NCBI GenBank assembly: GCA_028534125.1
Contig: CM052818.1
Coordinates: forward strand, 11,596,001 to 11,660,000
Reading direction: 5' to 3'
DNA from: Lama glama
Taxonomy: Eukaryota
DNA: 64,000 bases
Below are positions 11,009-25,734 of the stretch, piece by piece; the first letter of the stretch is position 1, and every line of letters begins with the position of its first letter. Position numbers and translations under genes: made by a program. The notes beneath the pieces were generated by a model. The model ran no database searches and was not told the DNA's origin. It saw nothing but the letters and a program-made list of their open reading frames with translations.

Positions 11009-12126
11009 GAGGCAGTTCAAGCCTAGTTGTCTTTCTCTCCCTTAGGGGAAGAATGAGTCATGATGTTAACAGGTGAGTGACAGCAGCTTCACCCAGACTC
11101 ACCCAGAAAATAATCAGTGCACAGGAAAAGCAACCAGGGCATACATGGAGGCCATCGAGATGTGATTTTGCTTTTCTGGGCTTCCTGATTTTGATTGTTC
11201 AAAGAAAGAAATTAGTATGGCACTGATAGGGGAAGTATATAATTCAACCCCAGTAGTCTGAATGAGTGATACAAAGAAGCCTTCACTTTGGGTAGATGTG
11301 GAAAAAAGGAACACTCTCTTACGATAGTAGCCCACCAGCAATTCAGATTTTCCAAACCCCATTAGAGCGTCACAGCTTAGTCAATGATTAACTTCCATTT
11401 CTCATCCAATGGGAAACATACCTGCTGTCTTAAAAAAAACTAACCCTAAACTTACATCTATGTAAACTATGAAATGAAAAAGAAAAAAGCAAATTTTATA
11501 ATACTGGGAAACCAACAAACTTTTAAGTTTTCTTTTTAAAATACAATCAGATTTATCTTGCACCCCAACATAGATACCATGGAATCTTGTGTTTTTATAC
11601 AAACCATTGATGGTCTCCATTACACCAGTCAGGCATGTTAATAATGGTTTGTGTCTAGGTGAGGTTTCTTGATTTTTCTCTCAAAAAATTCCTGGTGCTA
11701 GTTAATATGATGATTATTTGCCTCAAAGAGAAAACTTCTGTTCATAACTTTCAGAACATACATTCTAAGACACCTCACAATAATTTTATAATGAGTGAGG
11801 AGAAAAGAGGGAGAGGGGGTGACCTGGGGAGAATCTGAATATATGATCAAAGCACTAATCTTCCTTAGCTGATAGGGCTTAAATTTTCTTTTCTTAATGT
11901 GTATCCATTCATTTTCACGAGCAATTTCTTTAAAACAATTTGTATGTGATATTCAATCTTTTCCTCTCTTTTTCTGTATTGATTAACTACATGATAGCTC
12001 ATCTTTTCTTCCTGCCATATATTTGGTAACAAATGTATCTCAAAATGAATATCCTGCTTGTGTGATGGGAATGAATGATCATTTGTAACAATTAGTAGAG
12101 ATGTTAAAGTGGATGTTAAAATGCCA

Positions 12127-12312
12127 CAGCAATGTTCTCAAACTTGAGAAAGCTTAACCTGGGGAGACTGGGGAACATACAGATTCCTGGGCCTCACCCC
12201 TGGGCACCTTGGATTCAGTAGATCTGAGGACAGGCCAGGAATCTCTCAGTTTAACAAGTACTGTAGGTGATTCTGGTGCAAATGTCTACGGACCAGACCT
12301 TGAAAGCCTCTG
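12127..12312 (+). mobile_element. MER5A MITE
   Basis: ttctcaaacttgag...cagattcctgggcctcacccc...gattcagtagatctg...ttaacaag...ggtgattctg...ggaccagaccttga. Confidence 0.85.
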
Positions 12313-14459
12313 TTCTAGTGAACTTATAATAGTTCTGAACTGTCTTGCATATCCTTGCTCTAAAACAATGATGCCTATCTTGAAAGTTACTCCCATTTGG
12401 ACGGAGAACATCACCAGTCATCAGAATAAAAGACAACCCCCGAGTGTTGATATTACTGTCCCTGCAATATAGCCACCAACTTCCCCTCAACAGACAGTGG
12501 CCCTTTAATTAGATCACACTGTTTGGAGAGGAGACTTGGGTCTCAGATCGGTTTTGAGAATGGACTCTCATCCTTTACTGTGATGCATTTAAAAATCAAG
12601 TAACCTTTGCCTAAACGCATGATTAGCTAAGTGTACACTGTAAATCTGTTGCTAACTTATTTTCCTGCAAAGTAATGAATAAATACTCAGAAAAAGATAT
12701 TGCGCTTCCATTTGAGATGAGGTAATCCCTCTTCGGCACCATACGTATCTGGGCATCAACAGGGATGAGCCAAAACTTAGTTCTCTAATTTCTGGCAGTT
12801 TCTTAACATAAACATTTGGGGCAATTAAAATGAACCCCAATAGTAACAGCAATGATAAAAATAAAAGAGGCAAACCTCAACACATTTAAATATAAAGGCA
12901 AATTAATATTAGATGCTTCTCCAAAACACTATCTCTGGGGCAAGTAAATGAAGCTGAAAACACAAAGGAGTACTTGCATGCTTGTGGGTTGCATGGAAAG
13001 AGGTGCCAGGGAGAAAGGTGCTTTTTTTGTTGAACGTAATCCAGCAAAGATTTGGCAGACTACATATTTAAAAGGTTGGGAATGCTTGCAGAAATTGATT
13101 CATTCACACTGTTGTGAATCATTTAGCACACACTTCAGAGAGGGTTTAGCATCTTGGTCTCTGCCTCCCACTTCCTAAGAAAGGCTGTTAATCAAAATGA
13201 AGACCCGTAGATGCAGCCTTGGGAAAGGGACAAAGAGATAGAATGAGGCAACCCCACGTGGAATGATTTTTCTCCTCTAAGGGCAGTTTGTTTTTTTTCT
13301 TTGAGTGTGGAAGGTTTAATGCAGTAATGTCACATAAATTCATATGTGGATTCTTAGACTTAGGTCATTATTATAGCTACATAAAAACAAAAGCAAGTCT
13401 TATATTTAGAAAATGCTTTTCAATGTGCCTGAGTCCAAAAGTACACTACCCATTTCACTTAAACACTCTTCTCCAAATTCTAAGATTATTGAGTATAGGA
13501 GAACATAACTATAAATTACCTAAATTAATGATTAAAAGCTTCTGTATTTGTAACAATTGTTTCATGGTTATAAATAAAACTTAAATGCCTTTCTTTAAAG
13601 AAAACAACATTGTACATGCCATCTTACTGCATTTTTTAATGTAATACAACTTAACACATCTACCAATTCAGTGGTGGGCTTTAGATCAGGACATTAGAAA
13701 TAAACCATGTAAAAGATGAAGTTCATACATGCACATACATACACAAAACTAATCATGTAATAAGATCCATAAAATTTGCTAGATATCTTTTATTTTGAAA
13801 GTGCCAGTAAATTTACTAGTACTTTCAAAATAAAAGCTGATAAATGACCAGGTAAGTAAAATACGTAAGTGATAAATTGTTAATGGTTAGGGTTGATCAA
13901 TGATGTTTTCAAATAATTACAATAACAAAAATCATAGTAAAGAAAAAATACAGAGTAAATACGTATTTACTTTCTGGAAGATGGACAAAAACAAACACAG
14001 AGGTTTCTAAAACCAAGGTAAGATGAGCAATAGCAGGGTTGGGGAGTCCACTAACCACATCTCACATGGAATTCCTCATTCACTAGGTCAAAACCACTAT
14101 TCACAAAATTAAGCTCTTGGGCATGTGCCCTACTTCCAAAAAGGTCTTCTCCCACAGTTATTGCAGTATAATAATGAACTGTATTAACATCATATTCATC
14201 TAGGAAACAGTACTAGAAAGAGGAAAATGAGGAGGAAATCATTTATCAAGTAGTTGCAGTAATAGAGAACACTCAAATAATCCAAATAACAGCTCATTTA
14301 AAGGTCACTTACATTTGGTTATAAGATGCATAATATACCTACTGGTATCCATTTTAATCTAACTCTTTCACAGATATAAATAAAAATAATGAGAGACAAA
14401 TTTACTGCTTTGTCATTTGGCCTAAAGCAGAAACTGTGATCCTTAATTCTTTATCTTAA

Positions 14460-14700
14460 AACACTTACCTGGCGCCTTCAGTATGTCAATACGTAGTATG
14501 TTTAATTTAACTCTTACAACCACCCTATGACTATCACCATTTTATAAATGCTGATGAGGGAAAAGAGTGGGTAACTTGTCTGGCTTTGTGCATTCATGCC
14601 CTGTCTCACCAGTTCTTGTTCTAAATCAAAGTCGGGGGGAATCCATCCAGTGCAGTCATCGTTTTCATATTCATAACCCTTGGCCAGAGCTTCTGTTCTC
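14460..14700 (-). mobile_element. MIR SINE
   Basis: atttaactcttacaaccaccctatga...ccattttataaatg...gggtaacttgtc. Confidence 0.6.
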
Positions 14701-14895
14701 AAGCCTCCGTCAAGTGCCTTATTCTCTGTGTAAGTAGGTTACAAAAAGGAATTTCATAACATGGATTCTCTTTCCCTCCATGTGTATAATCAATTTTCAT
14801 TTAACGTAAGAGTAGCAATTTGTAACTAGAGATGTGAATGTTGAAAGGTGATTCCTCTAGACTGAGGGTGATCTTATATGTTGTTTAATTTTAAA

Positions 14896-15077
14896 CAGTG
14901 GTCCTCAACCCTGGCTACACAATTAGAATCCCCTGGGGAGCTTTAAAAAAAAATCCTTGCCCAAGCCCCATCCCCAGAGATGCTGACTTAATGGGCTGGG
15001 GTGGGGCCCAGGCGCTGGTATTTTTTTCAAAAGCTCCCCAGGCGACTCTAATGTGCAGCCAGGGTTGAGACCCACTG
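14896..15077 (+). mobile_element. Full-length MER5B MITE with TIRs and 8-bp TSD
   Basis: TIRs cagtggtcctcaaccctggct / agccagggttgagacccactg; flanks attttaaa (14888-14895) and attttaca (15078-15085). Confidence 0.92.
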
Positions 15078-16773
15078 ATTTTACAGCCTGGGTACCACAG
15101 CCAAGGTATAACTACAAGATGAGGCAGGAGAGCTGATTTCTAACTTCTGGTACACAACGGATTGGCGCTCCAAGTAGATCTCAGTTTGTGAGTAAGAAAA
15201 TGGAACAATAGTGTATTACATACCAAAGCTAAAGAATTAAATTAGAAGCTGTTCTTCTGATCCCTTCCAGATATAGTTGACCTGAAGCTCAAAACACTAG
15301 TTTAGGCATCTTGGAGGAGAGGAAGTGAGGCATGAGTATTAAAAAAAAGGGTATTATTAACACTTATTCTTAAAAAAAAATCAACATTCTCCATTTATAC
15401 AAAGGGAACAAATGTATTTGAGAAATATATGTTAAAACCTAGCTTAGAATAATATTTGAATTGCATTTTCTCAACATATCATTTCAAATGCACATTTACT
15501 TTTATACAATTTAAGATCCTTGGAGGCAATGGGGTATTGTTATAAGATGGATGGATTCATCTTCCAACATATTAGGGTAATGACACTGCCCATATTCAGG
15601 CTTCAACCTTTACCTGAGAAATCTCTGCTAGGGAAAAAGAAAAAGAAAAGAAAAGAAAAATCCAACCTTGACAGACATGTGTCAAAACTTAATCATTCGA
15701 CTTAAGTAAAAAGTTACCCCAAAATGATAGCAGACCACCATTTTCTTCTAATTTTTAAAGAAAAGTATTCCAAATAGTAATGACATTCAAAAGCACTTTA
15801 GCTGCACCGATGCTTTCCAGGTTCCCAGTCACAGCACCGTGTTAACAGCAGCATTGTGAATGCCTTAAAGTAAAACCGGTAAGGCAGATATTTCATTAAA
15901 GTCTGAGATTCCTTTCTAACTCTGGTGGTAGGATTGGGTGACATGATAATTACGTTATATAGAGATTTATTACATTTTGATATCAGGCAACATCCCTTGG
16001 CCTATATTTGTATCTGTGATATACCTGAGGTTTTCACAGAGAGCAGGACTAGTACAAGAGTGATGAGGAGCTCAAACACAATACTTGACCTAAATACATT
16101 ATGTAGCACTGGGTATCTGTTAAATAGGTCATCCCGGGCTCTTAAAAGTTATGCAAAACTTATTTCTGCCACACAGGAGATATGTCACTAGCCAAACTGT
16201 ATAAAAATCAGCTTTCTAGGCAGGAAAATGCTCCTCATCCCTGGGGAGGGAGGACTCTTTTGCCATACATAAAATGTCTTAAATGCTATACGATGCTTGT
16301 CATATGTCTTTAGGCCACAGAAAGTCATAAAAGCAATGAGGCTGATGAAATGCCTAACAATTCCAGGATTCATTTAAGTGGAAGGGAGTTCTTTGAACAC
16401 TGCTACAGAAATTCTTATTCTCCCAACAAAAGCAAATGAGATTTCGAAGGTGCACAGGTCTCAGCTACCAAACCAAAGCTATGCCTACTGCCACAGGATG
16501 CAGAGCGGGCTGCTTGATTGCAGCAGTGAAGAAACATGGGCAGTTACATCTCACAGGGCTAAGGTGGCTCCATCTCTACCTCCTCCACTCTTACTTGGGA
16601 CAAAGCTACCTTGTCTTTGCTCAATGTGGCTTCATTAGTGGTCTTAGCTGTGCAGGCCATTATTTAAAAACATCAAATAAACTGAAGGCTCGAAAAAGTC
16701 TGTCCATGTTCAAATCAGTAATTGTTTATGATACTAAGGTTTCTGCATGCCCCCTAGACATGAAAAACATAGC

Positions 16774-16927
16774 CAGTGATTCTCAAAGCATGGTCCCAGG
16801 GGTCAGTAACATAGACAGCAACTGGGAAAGTGTCAGAAATGCAAAGTATAACCCTCCCCATAGAGATCCACTGAACTGAAAACTCTGGGGGAGGGGTGCA
16901 GGGATTTGTGCTTTAGCTGGCCCTCTG
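16774..16927 (-). mobile_element. MER5A MITE, truncated
   Basis: cagtgattctcaaagcatggtccc...cagaaatgcaaa...ctgaactgaaaactctggggg. Confidence 0.8.
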
Positions 16928-19385
16928 AGACAAGTAACCACTTAGCTTGAGAGTGGACCTAACAGTTCCGGCTTAACAATTCAACTCTTCATCATGTTTA
17001 ACAATGAGGGACAAGAATCAGGTAAATTAAAGAACACCCCAAAACTCATATTAGCCAACATCAACCTCTTCCTCCAAATAAACTTGTTATAAACAATGGG
17101 CAAGTACAATGTTTATAAGAGGTCCAAAACCCTTTCCAACTTGAATTTAAAAACTCTCACAGGACTTCTCTGCTTCTGGAAACATGAATTAAAGCAGTAG
17201 ACTTATTCAAAAGAAATGTGAGGAAAATGAAAGGAACTATTCTGACCACTCAATCATATAGTTTAACCCTTAGGAATTGAAATATATGTAGAAAGAGTTT
17301 AATAAGGAAGTTAATTCACAGCAAGTTGTCATTGGTGGGCTTTAAAAAAAAAACAAACACATTTCTTGAAGAGTGAACTTTCATGGGTAAGCACTGGAGA
17401 ATATAAATCCTCAAATCCCCATAGATTTGTGAGCAAAATAATATATACTAAGTTTGGATGTTTGGTCCTGATCAGTAGCTCTTGCATGCTAAAATAAAAT
17501 TAGATGCTTTAGACTTCTCACTGAAGGACTGAGTTTCTACCTCTCACCTCATTACCCTCCACACACTCTTCGTAGGTTTAGTTTAATGCATTTGAGTTTC
17601 ATTTCCAAGAATGCAAACTCTTATGATTTTACATGATTGAAAGACATTCATTAAAGAGACAGGAAATGAAGTGTATGCAAATTTGAAGCAAGCTAATAAA
17701 ATAAATTTCTTTAAAGAAGAAAAAAAAACCCTATCTGTTCCTGGTAATACACTAAAAGCAAAGCTCAGAGCAAAACAGATCACAGCTGCTCAACTAAACT
17801 GTCATACGCTCTGGGAAACCATGTCTACCTTATCCCATACACCTGTTTGCCAACAGTGAGGCGACAGCAAAATCTGCATGAGGAAATTCAAAGGCAAAAA
17901 GTCAACAAGCATCTTCCTTTTGTATTATCACACTAGACTCTCAAACAGGTTTTTACTACTAGCTTCTTGTCAGTATACGGAACTTCACAGAGGTTAGTCA
18001 CATACCGCAGGTAGCTTCTGAGTCAAATTCAGTTCCTCTGGGACAAATGATTGTTTCCCTTGTCTCTCTGACCTAGTGAATGCAGCAGTGCTCCACACAT
18101 ACAGTATTTCTGCCCTAAAGGCATTTATGCCCCGCCACCTTACCCCCAACACTCATAATAATGCTAGGCAAAGTGACAAAAATAAGTCTGCCCTTCGTTT
18201 GTATATCGAAAACAAAATACATATAATGCTGCTGCCGCTTTTATTGCTTTGTTATTTCATCATTATTCACCACAGTTCTTGCCTTCATTTGCAGAGTTTG
18301 GGTTTTAATGTAATGGCCATTCAATAAAAATGTTGCTTTTAAGGGTTTGCATATCATCCCATTTTCTCTTCAACCCTTCAGCAACCATATGGCAAGCAAT
18401 CAGGTCTGCAATCACTAGGTCCATATTATGTAGAGCATGATTTCGGCATTATGCTATTACCCATCTGTTTCTGTAGAAAAAGACATGAACCCGTGTATAA
18501 GAGGTCAGTGGTTTCATTGCACACCGTATTCCAGAAATCTATCTCTGTTCACTTGAGATCACTTTTGTGATTTACTCTAGTCTCCAGGCCAGACTTTCTC
18601 TCCCTCTCTCCTTTTTATTTTTTTAAAGAAATACAGACAATCAGCACAATTTGTCTGTCTGCCTATTGTATAAAATTATTTGTAACTGTCAGAGGAGACA
18701 CTTAAACTTTTTTACTTAACGATATTTATCCAGAGATTCTGCACTTAAAAAAAAAAATGTGGGCGGTGGAGAGAGGAGAAATCAATCTCACCTGATTTTA
18801 CATTTTTAACTGTCTGCACAATAAAGATGACAGAATCTTCAGGCTGAAGCAGACACAGAGGAAGAGGGAAAGTTCAGGCTCCTGTCTCCAATTTGAGGGC
18901 TCCTAGCACCAAACAGACTAACCAGTTCTTCTGGGCTCAAGGAAATTGCTATATATAAATCTATCTATCTGTATCTATATTTTTTTCTGTATATATGCCT
19001 GCTATGTGGGTTCACATACATGATCTTTGAATAGCAGACTCAATTTAAGTGTTGAACATTAATTCAGCGGAATATTTGCTTGGTTATTTCATAAACAGAG
19101 CACTTATAATGAACTTCAGATGCAATCAATCAGTTATGCCCACGAAGACTCAACGTTTGTAATTCCATGTATTGTAATAAGCCAATGACTTTGTTGGGTA
19201 AAACTTTTTATAAAATACTTCCATTGTCTTCTACACAGTGTCAAACTGTTATTGGCTTGAAATTGATTTAAGAAGCAGGACAGGAACACACCAAATGGGC
19301 ATGAAGCATGAGGCACAGAATCGTTTGCAAAATCTACTGGGGCCATCAGAAGTGTCTCAGAGCAGATGTGCTTCTCTGCCCCAGT

Positions 19386-19545
19386 CACTGGTTCTCAAAC
19401 CAGCTGGGGAGGTTTAAAAAATTCTGATACCTGGGTCCAAACCCCAGAGATTCTGACTTAATTAATCTGGGGTGTGGCATAGACTACTGGATTCTTAAAT
19501 GCTCCCCAGGTGTTTCGATTGTGCAGCCCAGACTGATAAACTCTA
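19386..19545 (+). mobile_element. MER5B MITE
   Basis: ctggttctcaaacc...ccccagagattctgacttaatt...ctccccaggtg...tgtgcagccc. Confidence 0.85.
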
Positions 19546-21841
19546 GTCCAATAAGACATAATTAAATAAAGATCATCTTACTTCATTTCACTATTTAAAA
19601 AATGCAATCACAGGGTATGATGTCAATACTACAAAAATTAATGAAAACTGTAAAATGTTTAAAGTATAACAAGGCAAAAACTTATAGGCTGACAACCATC
19701 ATTTACAAAATAAATACTGTACAACAGTGGAAATAACAAGTGCTAAGATTCTATACAAATTTGGCCTACAATTTTATTTACAACTTTAAGAAACCAGAAT
19801 GTCATAGAACAAGCATAAATAACATTAATGCTGGAACTCCAGTAAAATACTGACATTTAATTAAAGTTCTACAATTTAAAAAGACCATTACAATGTAATA
19901 AGAAAATAAAGCCAGACTACTCACTATTTACTATGTACATACTAATAATTAGTCACATAAAAAGTATACAGGAAGAGGCTATATATCCCTTTCACAGATC
20001 ACACAGGTGACCATAAACTCAAAATTTTGCTGTGTTGTATTTTGAAATCAGTATTCTTTAAGGGCCAATATTATGGAAAACAAAACTGAATTATTCACAG
20101 ATTTTAAAAAGATAAAGTTTCAATTACATTAATGTTCAACATTATTGGCTACAAGCAAAAAAATCTAAAATTAAGATTGATTCCCAGAATTTAGCTCACA
20201 GAACTGAGCAGGAAATATATGTATATAAGTAGACTTGTACGGAGGCTTTTGGGATTCTTTTTGAAAAATACCCTGCCCACCCAACAACTGGCTTGCAAAC
20301 AAAACAACCAAATTAGAAACAGATAAATAAGAAAACCCTACTAACTCTCCCTCCTCCAGAACCTTCAAGGTTTTTCAACTTTGATCCCCTCTCCACACCT
20401 CAAAATGTGTCACAAACATTTCATTCATCCAAAGAGCAAATGCAGAAAAATAGTGAAAATATGATGTTGCTCAGACAATCTATACTCAATCAAGAGCCAA
20501 GGGCTTAAATGGATGGAACTTTAATGGCAATGTTCAAGTATTAAAATGGGTGGGACTGCATCTGAGCACAGGGAAAACACACCACCAGGTAGCCAACTCC
20601 ACCTTCCAAGGGCCATGGCCACAGCCACCCACAAGAACACATCTTTATGCAGGAAAAGAAACTATCTGTAGGACTATAAACTTGCTGGTGGATGTCTCCC
20701 TGCTTACACTGAAAATGGCAGACTCAGCTGTCTCACCTCCATGGGTTGGACATCAACACATCATGCGAGTTGATCCTTAGAGACTGATTTTAGTGGGGTA
20801 TTGTACACAACTACATAAGTCTCTGAATTTGTTCAACTTCACAGTTGCTCCTTTCTTTCCTTTAGGAATAGCTTTCAATATTATCATTCCTTAATCACTT
20901 CCTCTCTATTAGAATTCACCTTCTATTGCTCATGCCCTCAATGTTCAAACTAGCTAAATCAGAGTTTGGTTAAGAGGATGTGAGCAACCCATTTTGCTTA
21001 GTGGTGCAGAAGAAAAATCATTGTTCATCGTTTTCAAAGTCAAACAGAAGAGAAACAGAATATGTTGATTGACTAGATGTTCATACAATAGTTATTATTC
21101 GCTACCATAAATCCTTTCCAAAAGTGATTTGAATTGAGATAAAATATAGAACATATATACAGTAAGATTAAATGGTTTTAAGTGTTAAAAGAAAGAAAAG
21201 GGAAGTATTCCAGTTGTGAAGGTTAAAATAGTTTGCATGATTGTCATAAAATTCCTGTGCTTCCTGTGCTTCCTGGAAGTAAGAGAAAGAAAGAAAGAAT
21301 TTATATAAGGTTTATTATCATAAAGAAAGGAGCAGCCCTTCAAATTAGACAAAAATTTCCCTGGCAGTAAATTTTGAAAGACTGTCTCATGGGGATATTA
21401 TACAAATGGTATTGACTAGCATAATGCCCGCTGCCCTCAATAATCTTTTTATTGCGAAAGAAGACACAACACAGACACTAGATCTCTATGCACAGACTTT
21501 GCGTACCCTCTTCTCCCATGGCTTTTCTTAATCATATTTTCTCTTTACCTTTTATTCTAACAACATCACTATGATTTTTGTTGTTGCTATTATTATTCTC
21601 TTTAAAGTACTATATTACATGTATTTTATAAGCCTTTTAAAATCTTTTTGTTAACAATACAGGTTTAGAAAGTAAATAAATGATTTTTAAAGAGTTAATG
21701 AAGAAGTGTTGATCCATCAGGTTTGGAATCCAATATTTAGTTGAGACTCTTGCTACCCAACCTGAGAATCCTGGAAATTTCTGGACTGCCATGATCTGTC
21801 TCATCCTAGCCTCATACAAGTCTAAGGATTAGACTCCAAAG

Positions 21842-21993
21842 CATTGCTTTTCAAACTTACACGTGCATGTGCATCAGCTGTTGAAGGATACTGGTTGAGC
21901 GGTTCTGGAGTTAGGTCTGAGATTCTGTGTTAGTAACAACCTCCAAGGTGATGCTAATGTTACTAGTCTGCAGACAAAACTTTGAATAGCAAG
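21842..21993. mobile_element. MER5A/MER5A1 MITE
   Basis: gcttttcaaactt...ggtctgagattctg...taacaacctccaaggtgatgctaatg...aaactttgaatagcaagg. Confidence 0.75.
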
Positions 21994-22706
21994 GATAGAT
22001 AGTGACTGAGCTGCAGTCTCTAATCAGGGCACAAGTCTTGTACATTGCTAACGAAGTCCACAAGCCTGGGAAACAAAGTGAGCAGGGAGTGGAGTTTCAT
22101 TTTATTGAGAAAATTATGGAAACTCCCCATATTGTCTCTGCATGTAAGTGGACCACTTATCTGTGAGTGCTTTTGGCTATATGTGAAAAGGTTCTTAGTC
22201 TCAAATCTCATACATATATTTAGTCTGCCTAATTGCTAATTGGTGTTGGCAGTTTGCAAATTTCATCTCTGGCCAATGGAGATAGTAAGCACCTTGAAAG
22301 CAAGATCCATCTTGTTTACCCACCACTTCTCCTAGCCAGGGGTAGTTACAGATGTTTCAGAAATCTGTGCTGGTGTAAATGACTAGTCAGTCAACAACTA
22401 AAATACATAATATGGCCCTACCACTGGTGAGTCACAAGCAGTATTCAGGTTTTAAATTCATCAAAAACTTTAATGTTAAAACATTTTAAGGATAGAAATT
22501 AGGTAGAACAGGCATCACATAGTTGACAAAGATCATATCATATCTGAATTTCATTATCTATGAATCCTGCTTTTAAAGCCATCCATTCATTCATGAATTC
22601 ATTAAACATTTATTGAGCATCTTGTTGCTTATAGTCTGTTGAAGTTGAAAGAAATAAGGCTGACACATAATTAAAATCCAAAAAGAATAAGATAAACTAA
22701 AAGCAC

Positions 22707-23095
22707 TGTATTAGCCTGGGTCCTCTGAGAAGCACATGCTGAGATGGGATTATAGGACAGACTGGGAGAGCCCTCAGACCATGATGCAGTCTAAATATGA
22801 AGGAAGAATAGATAACTTCTACATAGGGAGACACTTCCTAGACCATCCCGCTAGGTAGGCTCAGCAAGCTGTAAGGGAGTCCTCATGCCAAAATTAGCTG
22901 TCAGAGGAGATTCAGGCGCTCTGGGAACAGGCTTGACTTGGCATACCATCAAGCTCAGTGATTGGCTGAGCCATGTAAAAGGCATGGTCTTAGCTCAAAT
23001 TCAGAAGTGGATTTCAGAGCACAGCAGCTGAGGACCTTAGTCAGTTACACTTTCTGTAGTTGGAGCTGTGCAGGTACAACCTCACAGCTGCCACA
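22707..23095 (-). mobile_element. ERVL solo LTR (LTR33-like)
   Basis: TG...CA termini; tgtattagcctgggtcctctgagaagc...ccctcagaccatgatgcag...gtggatttcagagcacagcagctg...ctgccaca. Confidence 0.8.
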
Positions 23096-25382
23096 GGTAC
23101 TTTAGAGATGTTGATACACATATGAGGCTGCTAACAGATTTTGACATACTCAGATGTGTGAGTAGATATAAAGAATGTTCTAATTTGGCACTCCCACACA
23201 AAACATAGTCAAAGTGTGGTCATCATATCATCAAACATGTCTGTAACAGTAAATATACTCACTAAAATCACATGTACTTCAATGTAAGAGAAATGTTAAC
23301 ATGCTATGTATTAACAGATTCCTCTGTTCAGTCAATTATATCATCTGAAATTCATGATACTGTTTTTAGATGAGCCCATTTTAGACATAAACCTGTTTTT
23401 AGATATTACAGGCATAGAGCAAAATAAGCACAAACACACACACACGCACCCCTTAAACCAAGTTAAATATTTTAAATCTTTGTTTTACTTGATTTATTCT
23501 TTAAACTATAAAGTTAAATATAATCTTTGTATTTATCTTACAGAAGGGGTATCTCACTTGTATTTGCATGTATTTAAAATTGTCCAATATATTTTTTATG
23601 AATTTCAAATTGACTCCAAGCTGGAAGAATTTTAAGATGCCTATTACTTTATTCGTTATTTTAAAAAATAAGTAACAGTTGTTTATCATTTTCTTCATAC
23701 AAATCTACTCGTCTCAACAATCGAATCAAGATGAATTTTATAATATTATACATTTCATATCTTTAAAATAAACGTGTGTTACATTGATTATAAAGTCTAT
23801 TTGTTAGTTGATATCTGCTAAAAATTGATAGTTTTATTTTTCTATTTCTTTCAAAAGTCTTTTGTATAGGAGTCAATATTCTGTTTTTTTGGCAAAAATA
23901 ATGTGCAGTTCCACACTATCTGATCACTATTTCCCAGTTCAGTATTAAATGCACTAGGGGACATTTTAAGTTCGATTTGTTATACCAATCAAATTTTATA
24001 ATCCATTTCATTTGGTTGCCTGAATTGCCATTCTCTGGCCAGCCATGAATCGGCTTCCCCTGTGTATAGATATGATTGCCCAGTTTGATGTTCAAAAGAC
24101 TCTGGACGAGCACATTTTCGGTCCCTTAGATTGTCCATTTTCATCCCCAAGGAGGTACATGGCAGGTTAGGAGGGCACTGTCATAGCTAAACTGTTTGAT
24201 CCCTGCTGCTGTTTCCCAAAGATACAGAAATAAAAGATGCCTGTGGCTCCTCTATTATTCCATTTTGTCTTGCTTTAAATGTGATGGCCTAACCTTTCAC
24301 ACAAGCAGCAGGGAACTTTGAACTTCTCAGAATTCATTTAAAAATATTCAGCTCACTATTTGTTAATGATATAAAATTACATCACCACACAATTTACCAT
24401 GGACCTGTGAAATACGAAATAATTTACAAGACTGAAATAATCTTTTTCCTTCCAAAGCTGAGAATAAAATTTCAAGAGAAAAAAAATCTCTCAAATAAGA
24501 TCTCAAGATATTACAGTCAGAACTGGAGAAAGCTTATGTCAAAACCCAATTCTTAAGGGAAGAGGTCAAACACCAGAGCCAGGAGAAATCTGACATGTTT
24601 TTCTGTGATTGGGTCATATGAGATTGCTTGGGGTAATGGAGACAGAAAAGTTCCATGGAGTGTTACATCCTTGCTATTAATGAAGGTTTGCCACATTTAT
24701 ACATACATATACACACATTATGCATACATACACATGTGTATGTGTATTTCATAAGTCACATTGGAATGAAGTCTTTTCCAATATCCTGCGTTCATTGTAA
24801 TTAAACATATCAGAAGATGAACTGAGGAGCCAAAGAATCTCAGCAATAAGATTTATAAAGCCTTCCTATCCCAATAAAAGAAAGGTAAATAGGGATCCTG
24901 AAATAATGAAGGAAAGAAAAACAGAAACAAAAGACAGCAACAACTCAAAATGGATTATTGTTTCTTAGAGAGAGGTTCACATTTAATTAGCATTACCACA
25001 TTTTTATAACTAATAAAACAAAACAAAATGAAAAGACAACAAAAAGTTAAGCTGAAGAAATTCTCAACTACTAATCAATATGACTATAATCTAATTTGTT
25101 ACATAGAATTTTATTGTCTCCTATTCATGTAAAATTACCACATCAGAACCCTGCACAAAAAAGTAAGATACCATATTTATTTAAGGGGTCTTCAAATTAC
25201 AATCATGTAATTCCATGAATATGCTCTTAAATTTTTTAAAATAACTAACTCAAATGGCACTTTTTAAAATTGACATGGAATGATTAAATACTAATAATAA
25301 TTATTACTATATCTATACAACAACCAGTAACAAAACATCCCTGTTAAGAAAAGTCCTTCCTAGATTGATGACCTAGATGTAG

Positions 25383-25572
25383 AGAGATGGCAAATATACG
25401 GCGCATCTGTTGTCAACCCACTCTCCCACCATCATGATGTATATCAATAATCAATAAGGAGATTCTTGCCACTAATCTCAGATTGATCGCAGAAACCTCC
25501 ATATAGCATAGGACACAGCCATTGCCAATCAATTGCATTTGGTAGGTGATTTGAAACCTGTTTGCCACTGCA
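25383..25572. mobile_element. hAT-Charlie MITE (MER117-like)
   Basis: Imperfect TIRs gatggcaaata / tgtttgccact around a ~190-bp body containing tgaaacctgtttgcc. Confidence 0.65.
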
Positions 25573-25668
25573 GACTTAAAGCATGTGCTCCCTGGACCAC
25601 TCAATTTAGCATTTGTTTATATACCTCTTGATAGTACTCCCTGCATGCCTGGAGGGGAATGGAGAGAC

Positions 25669-25690
25669 AGAGAGAGAGAGAGAGAGAGAG
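25669..25690. repeat. (AG)11 microsatellite
   Basis: Direct reading. Confidence 0.95.
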
Positions 25691-25734
25691 CGCGAGCAGA
25701 AGAGAGACAAAGAATGTCTCTTGTGCCTAAATTC

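Noticed and set aside
13200..13225. acccgtagat resembling the miR-99/100 seed region
   Set aside because: The match stops after about 10 nt and no hairpin partner is evident.
16436..16879. Longest ORF (147 aa)
   Set aside because: It runs into a MER5A element, has no recognisable domain and lacks convincing exon boundaries.
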